A stretch of 64,000 nt of DNA from the NCBI GenBank assembly GCA_964016885.1, contig OZ024742.1:192014001-192078000 (forward strand), written 5' to 3'. A model generated the notes under the pieces. That model ran no database searches. It was not told the origin of the DNA and worked only from the letters and a program-made list of their open reading frames with translations. The translations under genes and the position numbers were made by a program. The stretch comes from Eledone cirrhosa. Lineage: Eukaryota. Of this stretch, positions 1 to 15,008 are shown in pieces (positions within the stretch are counted from its first letter, which is position 1; every line of letters starts with the position of its first letter).

Positions 1-371
1 TATATATATATATATATATATATGAACGGGAATCCTGGGTTACATTCCACTACTTGTTGAGTAAAATTTGGTTGAAGGAACCAGTGCGGAAGCCCATGGC
101 ATAGAGTTGTAACAGTAATTCAAAAGTCCAGCCTTGTCAATTATTACGTCAGGCTGTTTTACTTCAGAGTTTGTTTCATGTTGATTCGGCTTGTGAATTA
201 AGTTACTCATACACGTGTTTTTGGAATACGCAAATATTTACACGCTACGTCAAATGACTGCTCGTCGCAAAAACCGACGGAGGATCTGTGACCATCATAT
301 ATCTGTCATGCAATTACATACACAACGAAACTCAAGTACTAATCAACTTATACATACGTACACACACACAC

Positions 372-467
<96 letters not shown>

Positions 468-483
468 TTATACACACACACAC

Positions 484-524
<41 letters not shown>

Positions 525-528
<4 letters not shown>

Positions 529-728
529 TGAGATTCTACAGGACTAGAACTGTTTCATTCTTTAGAAATCATCAGGAATCTGGGTATCAATACCCAGATT
601 TCTGATGATTTCTAAAGAATGAAACAGTTCTAGTCCTGTAGAATCTCATCTATATTAAAACTTTTATACTCTGCAATGTATTATGTACATTACTTATTGT
701 GGTTACCTCCGGTTCAACCCGGAATAAC
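525..728 (+). mobile_element. TA-embedded PLE-derived fold-back module, family A, copy 1 (HHR on each strand)
   Basis: Palindrome ~525-652 centred at 588/589, followed by a unique tail to 728. Flanked by (TA)n. + HHR at 596-646 and - HHR at 531-581. Confidence 0.85.
596..646 (+). ncRNA. Type I hammerhead ribozyme motif (family A)
   Basis: AGATTT-CTGATGA-tTTCtaaaGAAt-GAAA-CAGttctagtcCTG-TA^-GAATCT. All three helices pair; GUA cleavage triplet. Confidence 0.75.
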
Positions 729-729
729 G

Positions 730-806
<77 letters not shown>

Positions 807-941
807 ACATATGTATGTATAAATACGACTCACTCTAACATATGTATTACCACATCAGAAAATATATATATTTTTAAATACTTTTTCAACTTATATACAT
901 ATGAATATCGAACACAACGTTTCCGTATGATGTGCGGACAT

Positions 942-995
<54 letters not shown>

Positions 996-1195
996 ATATA
1001 GACAGATGCCTAGACTTCTGAACTACCGAAGTACCGAGTTGGAAATTTCAAAATGTGAGATACCCAAATTTAGAAAATAACTGTAATAACATTACCTACT
1101 TACAAATAATTGTTCAGAAAATGTTCTCGACCACTATGTAGAGTAATGGACTGTTTTTACTGTAACTTTCAGCTTTTGGAATACTCACATTCTCA

Positions 1196-1269
<74 letters not shown>

Positions 1270-1274
1270 ATATA

Positions 1275-1407
1275 TAGGAAAAGAGTCAGGACCCCGACGG
1301 CTGAGCTCCGCCGTCGGGGTCCTGGCTCTTTTCCTATTACCCACTCTACTTACCTAACTATTGAGTACTCTGGTGCGTTATGGTTGACCTACCTGTTCTG
1401 TTCTGTT
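1275..1407 (+). mobile_element. TA-embedded fold-back module, family B
   Basis: Palindrome ggaaaagagtcaggaccccgacggc-tgagctcc-gccgtcggggtcctggctcttttcc plus family B tail (attacccactctac...attgagtactctggtgcgttatgg). Confidence 0.8.
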
Positions 1408-1427
1408 ATATATATATATATATATAT

Positions 1428-1612
1428 AAGGAAGTGTGGTAAGGAAGCAGATGGGCTATAACGCACGAGAGTACTCAATGCTTAGGATAGTAGAGTGGGT
1501 AATAGGAAAATGTTTAACCCCGACGACAGAGCTCAAACCGTTTCGACGGTTATTTCTGGACATAACCGTCGAAATGGCTTGAGCTCTGCCGTCGGGGTTA
1601 AACATTTACCTA
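1428..1612 (-). mobile_element. TA-embedded fold-back module, family B
   Basis: Reverse-orientation tail plus palindrome ~1504-1612; TA flanks. Confidence 0.8.
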
Positions 1613-1638
1613 TATATATATATATATATATATATATA

Positions 1639-1942
<304 letters not shown>

Positions 1943-2346
1943 ATATATATATTATATTTATATTTATTTATGTGTGTATGTATGTTCGCGTGAATAGAGT
2001 GATGCGAATGTTCTATTTTCGTGTACGTGTTTGTGTTTGTGCAGTGCGGTGTAGATTCAACTTGAAACAAAGTTTGTATTTCGTGAGAATATTGTAATAA
2101 AACCACAGGTTGTTGTTTCCGAAATGCCAGGCGTTATCTGAACTAGTATTATTGTCTACAAAAGAAAAGTACTTATTGTTTCATGTTTTCGATAATAGAT
2201 ACTAGCATAGCTATGTGTGTGCAACAGGATATGTACAGGCTTTCATAATATATTTAAGAAAAAACTGCACAACATTCAAAAACTACTGGATTATGTTAGA
2301 TTAAGTAGACTTAATGAAGTTTTTGCCAGTAAATTACACACACACA

Positions 2347-2389
<43 letters not shown>

Positions 2390-2391
<2 letters not shown>

Positions 2392-2643
2392 CAAAGCAAT
2401 TGTGGTAAGGAACCAGATGGACAATAATGCACCAGAGTACTCAATACTTAGGGTAGTAGAGTGGGAAGTATGAAAAAGTATGAGCCCCGACGGTAGAGCT
2501 CAAGCCGTTTCGACGGCTATTTCTGGACTGAAATAGCCGTCGAAACGGCTTGAGCTCTGTCGTCGGGGTCATAATTTTTCCTATATATATATATATATAG
2601 GAACGAGTAGGACCCCTGGTTCCTTACCACATTTCCTTCGTTA
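2390..2643 (-). mobile_element. Family B fold-back module plus adjacent short family B fragment
   Basis: Palindrome ~2472-2583 centred on tggact; fragment 2599-2643 lies between TA runs. Confidence 0.8.
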
Positions 2644-2711
2644 TATATATATATATATAATATAATATAATCATATATAATATATATATTTATAATACAT
2701 ATATATATATA

Positions 2712-2754
<43 letters not shown>

Positions 2755-2904
2755 GTGCGTGTGTGTGCGCGTGCGCATGTGTGTACAGTGAGAGATAGAG
2801 AGAAGAGTAGTCAGAAACAAAATCTCAAGGTTGTATCATGTATATGACTGGCGAACCGCTTCTAACACTCGTTACACACCTACCTACCTAGTATATATAT
2901 ATAT

Positions 2905-3512
2905 ATGGTGGCTGCCAACACGTTTTCGAGTACGGCCACTACTTTATATCCATGTAGGAGAACCACTACCGATGCGCTGAATGAGTTTGACTTTTTAGTC
3001 CAGCCAGCGTCTTGAAAACTCTGGTACAAACACTACATTTGCGACAATTATTGACACATAGTGCTGGGCCCATGGTACCATGTGATGACAAGTGCAGAGA
3101 GATCTCCAGATATAAAGCAATGCCTGTGCCGTGAAGCTTTTATAGTGAGCAAAGGCACTGCACAAAACCAGTCCCACTCTCTTAACCAAGATGATATTTA
3201 CCAAAAAGAAGAGTAAGTCAACATCATTGGATACCATCAGGGTTGCAGGTGTTATATCAGAGTTTTCTTTCTCCTAGAATTCTGCCTTGACAAAGGCTAA
3301 GGGGTCATCTCTCCCGGTGATTTTGTTTGGCCATTGACTCTTAAGAGCTCTTTGCCTTTTGACAGGTTTTGTTTTTAGTCCTGCAGGATGTCCAAAGTCA
3401 CCCTCCTTACCAAGAAACCTTGGTAGGGTTTCCAGTTTAGTCGCCAACGACCCGACCATGGGACAGGTTGTACTGGGAAAAATGTTACCAGTAGCCCCAA
3501 CTGGTGACCTGA
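2905..3512 (-). mobile_element. ~600-bp non-autonomous retroelement with RTE-like 5' UTR, copy 1
   Basis: Highly similar to 34546-35143 in the opposite orientation. Its 5' part has ggagaaggaaaac(t/c)ctgat, resembling RTE LINE 5' UTRs. TA/ATGT flanks. Confidence 0.65.
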
Positions 3513-3536
3513 CATACATATATATATATATTTATA

Positions 3537-3569
<33 letters not shown>

Positions 3570-3663
3570 CGTGTGTGCGTGTGTGTGTGCGCGCGCGCGT
3601 GTGTGTACAGTGAAATATATATATATATATAGTATATATATATATATAGAGTATATATATATT

Positions 3664-3761
3664 TATTAAAATAACAGATTAAAGTTTAAGCAAAGAATCG
3701 CTGCTTTCACCCTTAACGGGATCTTCTGAAACTAACAAAGTCAATCTGTAAACGCAGAATG

Positions 3762-3770
<9 letters not shown>
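3664..3770 (-). mobile_element. TA-embedded module, family F, with variant HHR (3683-3733)
   Basis: Minus strand AGTTT-CAGAAGA-tCCCgttaaGGGt-GAAA-GCAgcgattcttTGC-TT^-AAACT. Homologous to 20455-20507 and 63843-63983. Confidence 0.7.
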
Positions 3771-3831
<61 letters not shown>

Positions 3832-4231
3832 GCAATATTTATTGGAATGTATACATTTTTTTGGAACACCTTGTGTGTATGTGTATATATTTGTATGATT
3901 GGAAGTATGAGCGGTGCTCGAAGGCATATCTCCACCACAGTCGATAACTGTAAATGATAGTTGGGAATGTGAGGTAGAGTAAACCTGGAGGCGGACAGGG
4001 TAGCCTGAGGCGCCGACGAGGAATCGAAGCACGCATCTCTCGGTTACTGGACGAGTGTATTAGCCACTGTGCTCTGTCCTCTTTTTTCCGTCATAAGGGT
4101 AATTTACCTGATTTTAACAATTATTATTACTTACACTGGTCGACTATTACTCCGACCATTTGCATTGGGACACTCATTTAAGATATGAAATTTCCCCAAA
4201 TGCTTCTTAATTCCAGGCATTTGTTTATATA

Positions 4232-4279
<48 letters not shown>

Positions 4280-4285
4280 AGTTAA

Positions 4286-4480
4286 GTTATTCCGGGTTGA
4301 ATCGGAGGTAACCACAGTAAGTAAGGTACTCAATACATAGCAGAGTATAAAAGTTGTAATATAGATGAGATTCTACAGGACTAGAACTGTTTCATTCTGG
4401 AGAATTCATCAGAGAAATCATCAGGAGATTCCTGATGATTTCTCAAGAATGAAACAGTTCTAGTCCTGCAGAGTCTCATC

Positions 4481-4482
<2 letters not shown>
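4286..4482 (-). mobile_element. Family A fold-back module, copy 2
   Basis: Tail 4286-4360. The - HHR core (CTGATGA-ATTCtccaGAAT-GAAA) spans 4367-4412. The + HHR at 4425-4477 has GCA instead of GUA. Confidence 0.8.
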
Positions 4483-4552
<70 letters not shown>

Positions 4553-5508
4553 TGTGTGAAGAATGGCTTGTAGGTTAATTGTAATTTATTTAGTTGATAA
4601 CTATCTATAAAAGTACGCTGTGGCTGTTTGTATATTTCGTCTATCAGTATCTTAAATATTTATGTACACCCACAAATAAGTAAGTATACACATACACACA
4701 ATGTATTTCCCATCTCAACCATGCTGCTACCATACGAAGTTCGCTTTCCAGTTACAATGTCCTGTGTTCTGACCTTACATTTGTCCCAGTAAACAGTTAT
4801 TTCCCCGAAATTACTTAAACATTTAATCTTGCAAGTCATTTGTAGAAATATGCTGCACATGTATATAATTATATCATAGAAATAAATTATCAAATCATCA
4901 TTATCTATTTTGTAATGACTACTTCGGTGTGTCACTAATCAACATAAATTATTGGGTTGCTCTTGTGCAAGCAATTAGTATATACAAACGCAAATTTCGC
5001 AGTATATATGATTCTTCAAATAACCTGTAGCCCTAATGAATATGACATAGTAATCCTAGACTCAAAACATTAAGAGATTCAACAGTATTGCTGTCTTTAG
5101 TGAGGACACGGGGCCCCTTAATTAATATATTATACAATAAGATTTGTATTTTAATTTTAATTAAAATCTAAAAGTAATGAGTGGTCCTAAGTAAAACAAA
5201 TCATAAAGTAGCATGCTGCATTGCACTATTTGTTCCGGCTGTTTTTGTTCTAGGTTCAAATTTCACAGGAATCTACTGTAGATCATTTTAGAGAATGTCA
5301 TTCTGTTGCATGCATTCGGAGTACATCTCTAGTTCCAGGTTGTCTTCTTCTTTCCCTCGCTCTAGTCTTAAAGGCAAAGAAAAAAATCCATAGGGATTAT
5401 GTGTATCACAGTAAAGTAGGAGTCCTGATAACTAGTGTAATCAACTACTTGTGTGTGACAACATTGTGCATATGTATGTGAGAGAGGGGGACAGTAAACA
5501 ACACGCAA

Positions 5509-5599
<91 letters not shown>

Positions 5600-6240
5600 A
5601 TATATATATATGCACCAAGAGATTTAACGAAATGATACTACCACACAATGCTTAGGCACCTAGGGCAATGCAGCACCGTGCCACCCACTATCCCCCTTAA
5701 TAATAACTGAGATATATTTCATAATTCAATCGGAGCATACTCATTGAGATTTAGTAATGGGGTGGCAGTAATCGAAGAAATCGATTGGGGTTATCATCGA
5801 AATCAATACAAATTAATATCAACCAATTAATGAATCAATTAATAAAAAAAATATCTAAAATATAAATACTAAAACCAACGTGTTTTCACCGATGCCAAAT
5901 TGGTTAGTTGTAGTTATATATATATATATATGTGTGTATGTATGTATGTATGTATGTATGTATGTATGTATGTATATATAGGTGTATAGGTGTATAGGGG
6001 TAAGATAATTGCGTCCGTATGCAGTATGCCGGGTGTGCACTCGATGCTCTGACAGAGCAAAGTATAATAGTGTAAGAATAAAGGAACAAAAAATCAGTGT
6101 TGCATCATAACATTTAAGGACATATTACATATGTTTCACTGTCGATCAGTTCGAGAAACGATCTATTATTGATCGAACCTGACTCTGGAATCGAAAGATA
6201 CTCAGATATTCCTTAATATGTAAGCTCGTCTCTGATTTTG

Positions 6241-6271
<31 letters not shown>

Positions 6272-7293
6272 TTGCACCCGGTTGATACCACCGGTGATTT
6301 TGTGGCACAAGAAATTCCAAAGGTGTGGTATCGGAGGAAGTAGCAATATAATACACTAAATTATTTTACCCTACCACATGTATTGCGTACGTTTTTCCTC
6401 TTTTGTGAAACCTGAAAGAAATGAATAATTATTGATTGGCAGAGTGATAGGAGCGTCACATATACTGCTTTGGGATATTCTGATTCACTCCACTTTGATT
6501 TGAAATCCTCCTGAGATTAACATTGGTATCCATTTTTAGTGAGTGCAGGGAGGGTTCGATAGAATAAAGTACCAATCAAATCCTGGCGTTGATATAATCG
6601 ATTTTCCTCCTTCCCCGAGTTAAAATTAAAAACCTTTATTACCATTTTTAATTATAAATAGCAGTTCAATGCTGTTATAAAGATCCTCTCTATTTCTCCG
6701 CTCTCCCTCTTAATAGCTGACTCTAACTATTTAGCTAACGCTCACCCTCTAAATGATCTGCTGGTTCAAGGATGACAAGGTCGAGAATGTGTCTTTTATG
6801 TCTGCTCGCACAATATCAGGATGTTAACTTATTAGTGAAAACATGGTTTGCTGATAGAAAAGTCATCCTCGATTCCTATTGACGGTCCTAGTATGTCTTT
6901 CACCATAGCCTCAGGTCGACTTAAGTCTTCTGTGTAAAATTAGGTAGATGGAAATTGGGTGTAAGCCTGTTGGATGGATTTTACTTGTAAATCAATGGTT
7001 CAGCCAGAGTTGATATGTTAGGATACAAGCAGCTGATTTTAAATTTGGTGGCACTTGCTACATTTTAGAAAACGTTATTTTTCCGAGATGTTGGGAGCTA
7101 CAATGTGCTATTTTATACATTAATGGTACTTTTGATTAATCCGTAAAATGTATAGACATATATGTATAGACGATAGTGTATGGATTGAGGGGTATTTGAG
7201 TGTTTTCTATTATGTCGAGAGATAATATAGAAGCTAAATACTATAATGAAATGAACCGAAACTTGTTGGCAGCAATTAGTTACGTGATAGAAG

Positions 7294-7485
7294 CAGACCT
7301 GTTAAGTATCCCCGTCCGACGGGGAGGTCTCCCACCGACTTTGTCGTAAGTGAGAGATGTCTTCTCTTGTGAAAATGGATATAGCTTTCATTACGTAAAA
7401 TCTTCTCGTTTTCCCTCATGTCTCCCCGTTTGGGGGCACTGTTTTTCATGACACTCCGAGACACTTTTCGAGATTGGCAGGTCTG
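7294..7485 (+). mobile_element. MITE with CAGACCTG TIRs and 6-bp TSD (hAT-like)
   Basis: cagacctgttaa...ttggcaggtctg; tagaag on both sides; homologues at ~8990-9117 and 11804-12037. Confidence 0.75.
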
Positions 7486-7928
7486 TAGAAGTTTGTTCGT
7501 TCATTCAATTTATTCTTCCACTTTCACATTATTCGACAAAGTGAAAAACGCTCCCTATATTCAATGATCGCTGAAATCTGAACCAGCTAAGTATTTTCTA
7601 AATAAATCTAGATTGTTCCAAAGATATGGACATTTACACTACAAACAGATGGTTAACGTATGATAAATTGTTTCAAAAATCCTGACTGATACACAATTTT
7701 CTAGTTGAATTAGAGAAGCAATAAAACTTTTTGTAAAGTGTGAAATGTTGAAAATCAATCTCACAAAACCGATTTAACATATAACATACATCATCAATTA
7801 AAACATAAAAAAATAGTGCTATCAGAAATTCTATATTTTTTCAAACTAACAAAGTTCTTTTTTTCTTTTTCTGTAGCAAAGTCAATTCTCTTCTATTTTA
7901 AACGAGTCAAATTATATTGCTTGTAAAA

Positions 7929-8013
<85 letters not shown>

Positions 8014-8989
8014 TGTGTGTGTGTGTGTGTTAGATATTGTAACACAACAAAATAATATTGAACTACAGTGTTTAGTGTAATGCCTATAGCAAAAACTGTT
8101 CTTAAAGTGTTGGATCACGTTATGAATAAGGTATTGAAGGATGTGGGAATTAATATTGGTTTCTGTTTTAGAAACAAATGCAGCATATATTTTTGTTGGG
8201 GAGGAATAAAGTTGTCTGGTTCTTTATTTTATGAACCCAGAAGAATGAAAGGCAACGTTGACCACGGTGGGATTTCAACTCAGAATGTAAAGAACCAGCA
8301 CATATAACACCATAACATTTTAATGTGGGAATTAACATTACAAACTGATTTCGTGCCGTAACAAACTGAGCTTCAAATCTTTGTGCCATTAATAATTTTC
8401 TTTACACATTAAGGAAATGAAATAGTCCAAACTTGATGCTCATTTAGCATGTTCTAATGCAGTTAAAGAATGATCTAATATCGACTGACTGTTAAGATTA
8501 TCTTATATATTGTTTCAAAGGTAAGAAGAGAATGTTATGTGAAAATATATAAATTAATCAACTATGGTGTGGAACTATTGGAAATGGTTCCACTTTCAGC
8601 CACAAGATGGGTAATTGTCGAGAAGTAATTATTTTAAATGATTACTAAGCTACTGATACATTAAAATCACATTTTGTAAAGATATCTCACTGCGTTACGT
8701 ATAAAGCCATGCTATTACATGCTATGTATTCAGATGCAACTAATGACTCTTTTATGAGACTTGTGTTAAGTGAATTTGAATTAAAACTTAATTTGATGTT
8801 CTAAAATCAAAATGGGGTGGCGTCATCTTAGATTAATTACGTATTTTGTCATTGTCTATATTTACAAGAAGGCGACAATTTGCAGTCATTAGAACGTGCG
8901 ATATTGGTTCCGACACTGCACTCTGAATTGGAATCCCAGTCATGTCAACTTTGCTATTCATCCTAAAAATCCAAACGGAAAGTAACATA

Positions 8990-9117
8990 AAAAAGGTACC
9001 CCATTACGAGGAGCGAGGGGAGATTTTACATAATGAAAGCTATATCCATTTTCAGAAGAAACCACTCCAAAGAGGGTGGGAGATCCCCCCGTCGGACGGG
9101 GAGAGTTGACAGGTCTG
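8990..9117 (-). mobile_element. Partial copy of the CAGACCTG MITE
   Basis: Ends in ttgacaggtctg and shares ccccgtccgacgggg and atggatatagctttcatta with the other copies. Confidence 0.7.
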
Positions 9118-9379
9118 GTGTCAAGCGCTGTTGTATTTGTTTACTTTTATTGTGTTGTTGGGTGCGGCTATGACAAGAAATGTATATATTCATACACTTG
9201 AAATAGAAAACCCAAGATTTGTTTTCTTTAAAAGAAATTTAAAATAAGGACGACGGAAGATATGTTTTTTTTTGTGTGTGGTTTAATCTATTGACAAAGT
9301 AATAATTCTCGACTTCGTTGTAATGCAGTGCGCTTTTTGTGAAGATTTTTAGCTAACTTTTATGAAAGTGATCTAGTAT

Positions 9380-9615
9380 TGATGGGTCTAGAGTAGACGA
9401 TGTTGACTTAATCTTGAGTGGTCGACACTCTTTCGGTGGTAGACATAATTGCTGAGTGACAGATGTTATTCTTTTGAAGTAGACATAATCTTTGGATAGT
9501 AAATTTAATTCTTAACTCTTTAGTGATGGACTTAATCTTTGTGTGATAGACATAATCATCAATGGTTTACTTAATCATTGGGTGCTAAACTTAATCTTTG
9601 GTATTAGAATTATTC
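9380..9615. repeat. Degenerate ~25-bp minisatellite
   Basis: Recurring gacttaatctt / gtagacataatc units. Confidence 0.55.
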
Positions 9616-11011
9616 TTGAATACTAGGCTGAATCCGTCACCCGATTTAACACCATTAACTGTCCCTTGGGTATATGTCGTGGAGGGTAATCTGTTGGAAG
9701 CATTTGGGCGTGAACTTCAGTTTTACGGTACCTTTCTCCCACTTAACAATTTCGGAGGCACAGACAACAGTCATAGGCTCATCCCCTTCAGACCTTGACT
9801 GAATAATGCAAATATAAAAACAAATAAAACATCCGATTCCCGGAGCTAATCACATGAAGCTTGATGATTTAACTTGTGTGTATTTTATTCGTTTAAGTTT
9901 ATATTGATTTGTTGTTTTTGATTAGCTAGAGCTCAACTGTGATTGGGTGGAACTATCATGTAGGTCCCACTCATGACCACATCATCTTTTTTATAGACAT
10001 AATGGAGAAAAGAAAAAATTCCTGTATGGTAGCTATTTCAATCAGGTCGCAAGGCCAGGTATATGTACCTTTGTTGGTGAAAAATTTCCTGATGTTATTG
10101 TTGCCGCAGATGATTTTGTAGCGTTGCTATTTCCATAGGCAGTGAGTGATGATGTAGCTGCTGTTGACGTTATTTTTGTTTGACCGCAAAACAGCACGGA
10201 CAGTATAGTCTTCTTTATAAAAGACCTTTCATCTGTGACCATCCATTGTATGTCTATGTACGTAGGACCTAGGAAAACATTATCCAATGTGTCCTTTTCT
10301 AAGACGGTAAGAAGGGATTTGAACAAGAGTTGGTTACTCTATCTAACATCTCATGCTACGACGTCGCGCTATATATTTAATGTACATTGACTGCTAATAT
10401 TTATATTTTGTTTAAATATATGTATTACAACAGGTAGGCGTGTCTAATTAGGGATGTGACAGGATACCTCTGTATATAGGTCTATCTAATTACAGGTGTG
10501 ACCGAAGTGGGAGAGCCAGCCCATTCACAGGAGATGTTTATTAGAACAAATGATATTTCTTGAAAGTTTCAATAATGATGGTGCTGCAGGCTGTTGTTTG
10601 TTGGTAGAATTACTGTTATTATTGGTAATGGTTGTAGTAGTGCTTTTGTTGCTGTTGTTGTTGTCAATTGCTTGTTGTTGTCGCTTCTTGTAATCACTTG
10701 TTATGTATGTACGTGCGTGCGTTTACATACGCTTATGTATGTACATAAGGAGCGAAATAAATTTGGAAGACAATGAGTAGCAAATCTCTTTAAATGTCAC
10801 GTTGAAGGATATTGTTTGACATAGAAAATGTCACAGACATACATGTGTCGTGTATGGATATATGTATGTGTGTATGTGTTGTGGGAAGTGAATTATAGCT
10901 TACGGGTGTGTGTGTCTTTGTGTATTTTATGAGTATTCTTACAATACATAAATATTTGTGTATACATACATGCTTATGTGTGTTTGTTTATGCGTACAGT
11001 ACATATATGTC

Positions 11012-11057
<46 letters not shown>

Positions 11058-11122
11058 TGTATTTATACATATGCATATGTTTAAATGCATGTATGTTTAC
11101 ACACACACATATATATATATAT

Positions 11123-11192
<70 letters not shown>

Positions 11193-11803
11193 GCACACAC
11201 ACACACATATATATATATACACACATATATATATATATACACTCATATATATATATATATATATATATATGAATGTATGTATAATTGTATCTATGTAGTA
11301 TACACATATCTTTCTTTCCATATTCTACTATACATCCATAAACGTACATACAAGTATACCTACTTACACTGATGAGCTACACGATATATAGATAAACTGG
11401 CACACAGAATCGTGTCTGGTAACCTGTGTAATTGATGAGATAAAACAGATTTTGTTGCATGGCTATATATGCGCAATAAATGGAGTGCTATAGATGCACA
11501 ATTAAAGTGCTAACATGCATTGAATGTGTTGCTGGAAGTTGTGGGTGTTTGGGTTGATAATCTCGTAATCTTAAGAGAAGTAAATGCTTACCACTAGACC
11601 AGCAGCACGTGTACATATGTGTTTATTTGAATGGTAGAAATGGAACTAAAACTAAAATGTTGTGATAAATACTCCAGTTTTCCGTTCAAAGGAACGGCCG
11701 ACTGTTTAAATTACTGTGAAAATGGTTGGATATTTCACAGTCACGTGTACCATTCACATAAATTTCAGAAAGATTCAATGAGGCTCAATATGTGTCATGG
11801 TTA

Positions 11804-12037
11804 CAGAACTGTCAACTCTCCCCGCCCGACGGGGAGATCCCCCACCGATTTGCGGTTAGGAGAGTGATGTCTTCTATTGTGATGTCTTCTATTGTATAGC
11901 TTTCATTATGTAGAATCTCCAAATGTTGCCTCATTACTCACCGTTTTGGGCCACTGTTATTTTTTTTTTGTATTTTTTTTTTGCTTGTTTTTTTTCATGG
12001 TTCTCCCTGATTTGGTTTCTAGAGGTTGGCAGGTCTG
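11804..12037 (+). mobile_element. CAGACCTG MITE, full copy
   Basis: cagaactgtcaa...ttggcaggtctg; flanks tggtta/aggtta (6 bp, 1 mismatch). Confidence 0.7.
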
Positions 12038-12694
12038 AGGTTATCCATTTGATTTAAAGTAACATTTCATCTGAGAGATTTTCACTCAGTTCCCCTCTCA
12101 CTGGGCTGAATCAATCTTGGTATGATAAAAGACAGTTTCCCGCAATGCTACACGGTGGGATCAAAATTAGAACCTCATGAATACGAATCAAGCTTCTTAA
12201 CCATTCACTTTGATAACATACCAGTGCTGGTAAGAGAGTGGACTCCACTTAAAGCATCCGGGAATTAGGTAGGGGTGTTAAACCAGGCGAACTATTACAC
12301 CCAAACAATCCATACCAGCACCAAGTAGGCTACGGCAGTATTTGAAGACAGAATTCGAAGAGATGGAACAAATACCGCAAGGTATCCCGTGCGACGCTGT
12401 GACGATTCTTCCGCTCCACTAACATCATTTAAGAACCTCATATGAATGGAAATCAGAGGTGAACTCAGCAAACAAGGACGAAGAATAAGTACCACGAAAA
12501 CATTTCATATCACGTTTTAGCTATTCTGCCAATTCGCTACCTTAAATATTTTGATACCAACCCTCTAAAAACCGGCACTAATTCTATGAAACAAAACAAA
12601 CCATTTTAAAAGGTTTTCTATTTAAATTAGAATGTCCAACATAATTGTATACATGAAACTCTTTTGATAATGGTTTCTACATTAAGCATAATGC

Positions 12695-13095
12695 CAGCAA
12701 TTTGAAGGGAGGGGGGAATTCGATTAAATCTACACCAATACGTGACTGGTACCTTATTTTATCGACTGCAAAAGAAAGAAAGGCAAAGTAGACCTTGGCG
12801 GGATTTGAACTCAGGACGTAAAGAGCCGAAATAAATACCGCAATACATTTCCTCCGGCACTCTAACGATACTGCCAATCCAACATCCTATCTTAATAATG
12901 GTTTCTTATATAGGACAAGGCCAGCAATTTGGGGGAAGGGGAAAGTCGATTAAATCGACACCAGTACGTTACTGGCACTTTATTTGATCGATCCCCATAA
13001 GGATGAAAGGCAAAGCTAACCTCGGCGGGATTTGAACTCAGAACATAAATGGCCGTAACTCTATGCTGTAAAGCACGGTGTCCATCGCCCTATCT
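12695..13095 (-). mobile_element. Two tandem older copies of the tRNA-derived SINE
   Basis: Each has ctggtac(c/t)ttattttatcga...ggcgggatttgaactcag (B-box GAGTTCAAATCC on the minus strand). Confidence 0.75.
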
Positions 13096-13429
13096 TAACA
13101 CTGAAATAGATAAGTCCAGTAAATCTCTCAAAATTCTTCGTTAATTAATTGAAACAGAATGTATTTGATTAAGAAATACAGTGATGAAAGTGTTAAGTTT
13201 ATACGATGTTTCATTCCACAAACGGAGAAACCACTAACACATGCCACCCTGTGCAATGTAGATGCACTTTTTTCAGTTACCAACAACAACAACAACAAAG
13301 AAACATTCTCAGCATGTTACATTTTGAAAATAACGTTTGATGCGTATAAATCAATAATAAAAAATTCATTGTGTATACGTCCCATATGTGTATATGTGGT
13401 GTCCAGGTTTGGTCTGCTCTGCATGTTGC

Positions 13430-14150
13430 TATATATGCACGCACAAAATCACACGCACACACACACATACACACACACACACACAAAGTCATACACTCAC
13501 CATTCCACCCCCCACACACGCACACACGATCTTCCATACATGAACATACACACAAAAACACACTCACAAAAACCTACAAACACACACCCACATCTGCGTG
13601 TTGTTATACACACATACGCATACACACAAAGACATACACGCAACCCCTCTCCCACGCACACACACATACAATATTCCATACATGAAAAAACACGCACACA
13701 AAAACACGCTCACAAAAACCTACAAACACATAGCCACATCTGCGTGTTGTTATATATACACGCACACAATTACACACGCACACACACGCACACACGCACA
13801 CACACACACCGAAAGTCATACGCTCATGCCCCTCCCACGCACATACACTCGCATAAACACACACAATCTTCTATATATGAACATACACACATAAACACAA
13901 ACTCACAAAAACCTACAAACTCATACCCACATCTGCGTGTTGTTAAATATATACACGCACAATATTACACACAGACACACACACACCGTAAGTCATACGC
14001 ACACATACACTCACACACACACACCGTAAGTCATACGCTCATGCCACGCCCGCGCACATACACTCACACACACACACACAAACACAATCTTCTATATATG
14101 AACTTACACATAAACACATACACAAACATACACAAACAGATACTCACACA
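13430..14150. repeat. CA-rich compound minisatellite
   Basis: Repeated cacaaaaacctacaaac / cacatctgcgtgttgtta units among (CA)n. Confidence 0.8.
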
Positions 14151-14374
14151 GCCGTGTAACGTGTGCTTACGTGTATGAAGTCCGGTTGGTTATCTCTTGC
14201 TAAGATGTCAAACTTCTAAGCTATACATTAAAGTGAAAGTAAAAATATCCCCTAAGCCAGTCAGCCAGCTTGCCAACTCATGCTTTCTCATAAACACTAT
14301 ATAATACATAGAATGCGTGTTGTTCTTATCTCTCTCTCTCTCTCTCTCTCTATAAATATATATATATATATATA

Positions 14375-14613
14375 TAGGAACAAGTATGACCCCGACGGCA
14401 GAACTTAAGCCGTTTCGACGGCTAATTCTGGACTGAATTAGCCGTCGAAACGGCTTGAGCTCTGCCGTCGGGGTCATACTTTTTCCTATTACCCACTCTA
14501 CTACCCTAAGCATTGAGTAATTTGGTGCGTTATGGTCCATCTGGTTCCTTACCACATTTCCTTCGTTATATATATATATATGGAAATGTGGTAAGGAACC
14601 AGATGGACCATAA

Positions 14614-14616
<3 letters not shown>
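14375..14616 (+). mobile_element. Family B fold-back module plus inverted tail fragment
   Basis: Palindrome ~14375-14488 with ggctaattc/gaattagcc in both arms; tail to 14568; inverted tail piece 14582-14616. Confidence 0.8.
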
Positions 14617-14657
<41 letters not shown>

Positions 14658-14663
<6 letters not shown>

Positions 14664-14736
14664 GTGCCCGCAAAATGTATACACACTTATATTAGAATGC
14701 AGTTGAAGTGTGTATACATTTTTGGGGAACACCCTG
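14658..14736. mobile_element. ~80-bp Tc1/mariner-type MITE
   Basis: TIRs agggtgt...aaaatgtatacacact / agtgtgtatacattttt...acaccctg in TA context; partial relatives at ~3849-3873 and 35460-35518. Confidence 0.65.
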
Positions 14737-14833
14737 TGTATATATAAATAACTATGTATCTTACATTGCCCATTGAGTGCGCTGAGATACAACCGGTACT
14801 GGCATTGATAAATATGCTGGGTCCGTCAACCCT

Positions 14834-14864
<31 letters not shown>

Positions 14865-14914
14865 GATATAGATATGTATGTATATATATATATATGTATG
14901 TATATATATATATG

Positions 14915-15008
<94 letters not shown>

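Noticed and set aside
4004-4044. HHR-like CCGACGA-ggaatc-GAAG-cacgca-TC
   Set aside because: Two core deviations, essentially no stem II, and a single copy.
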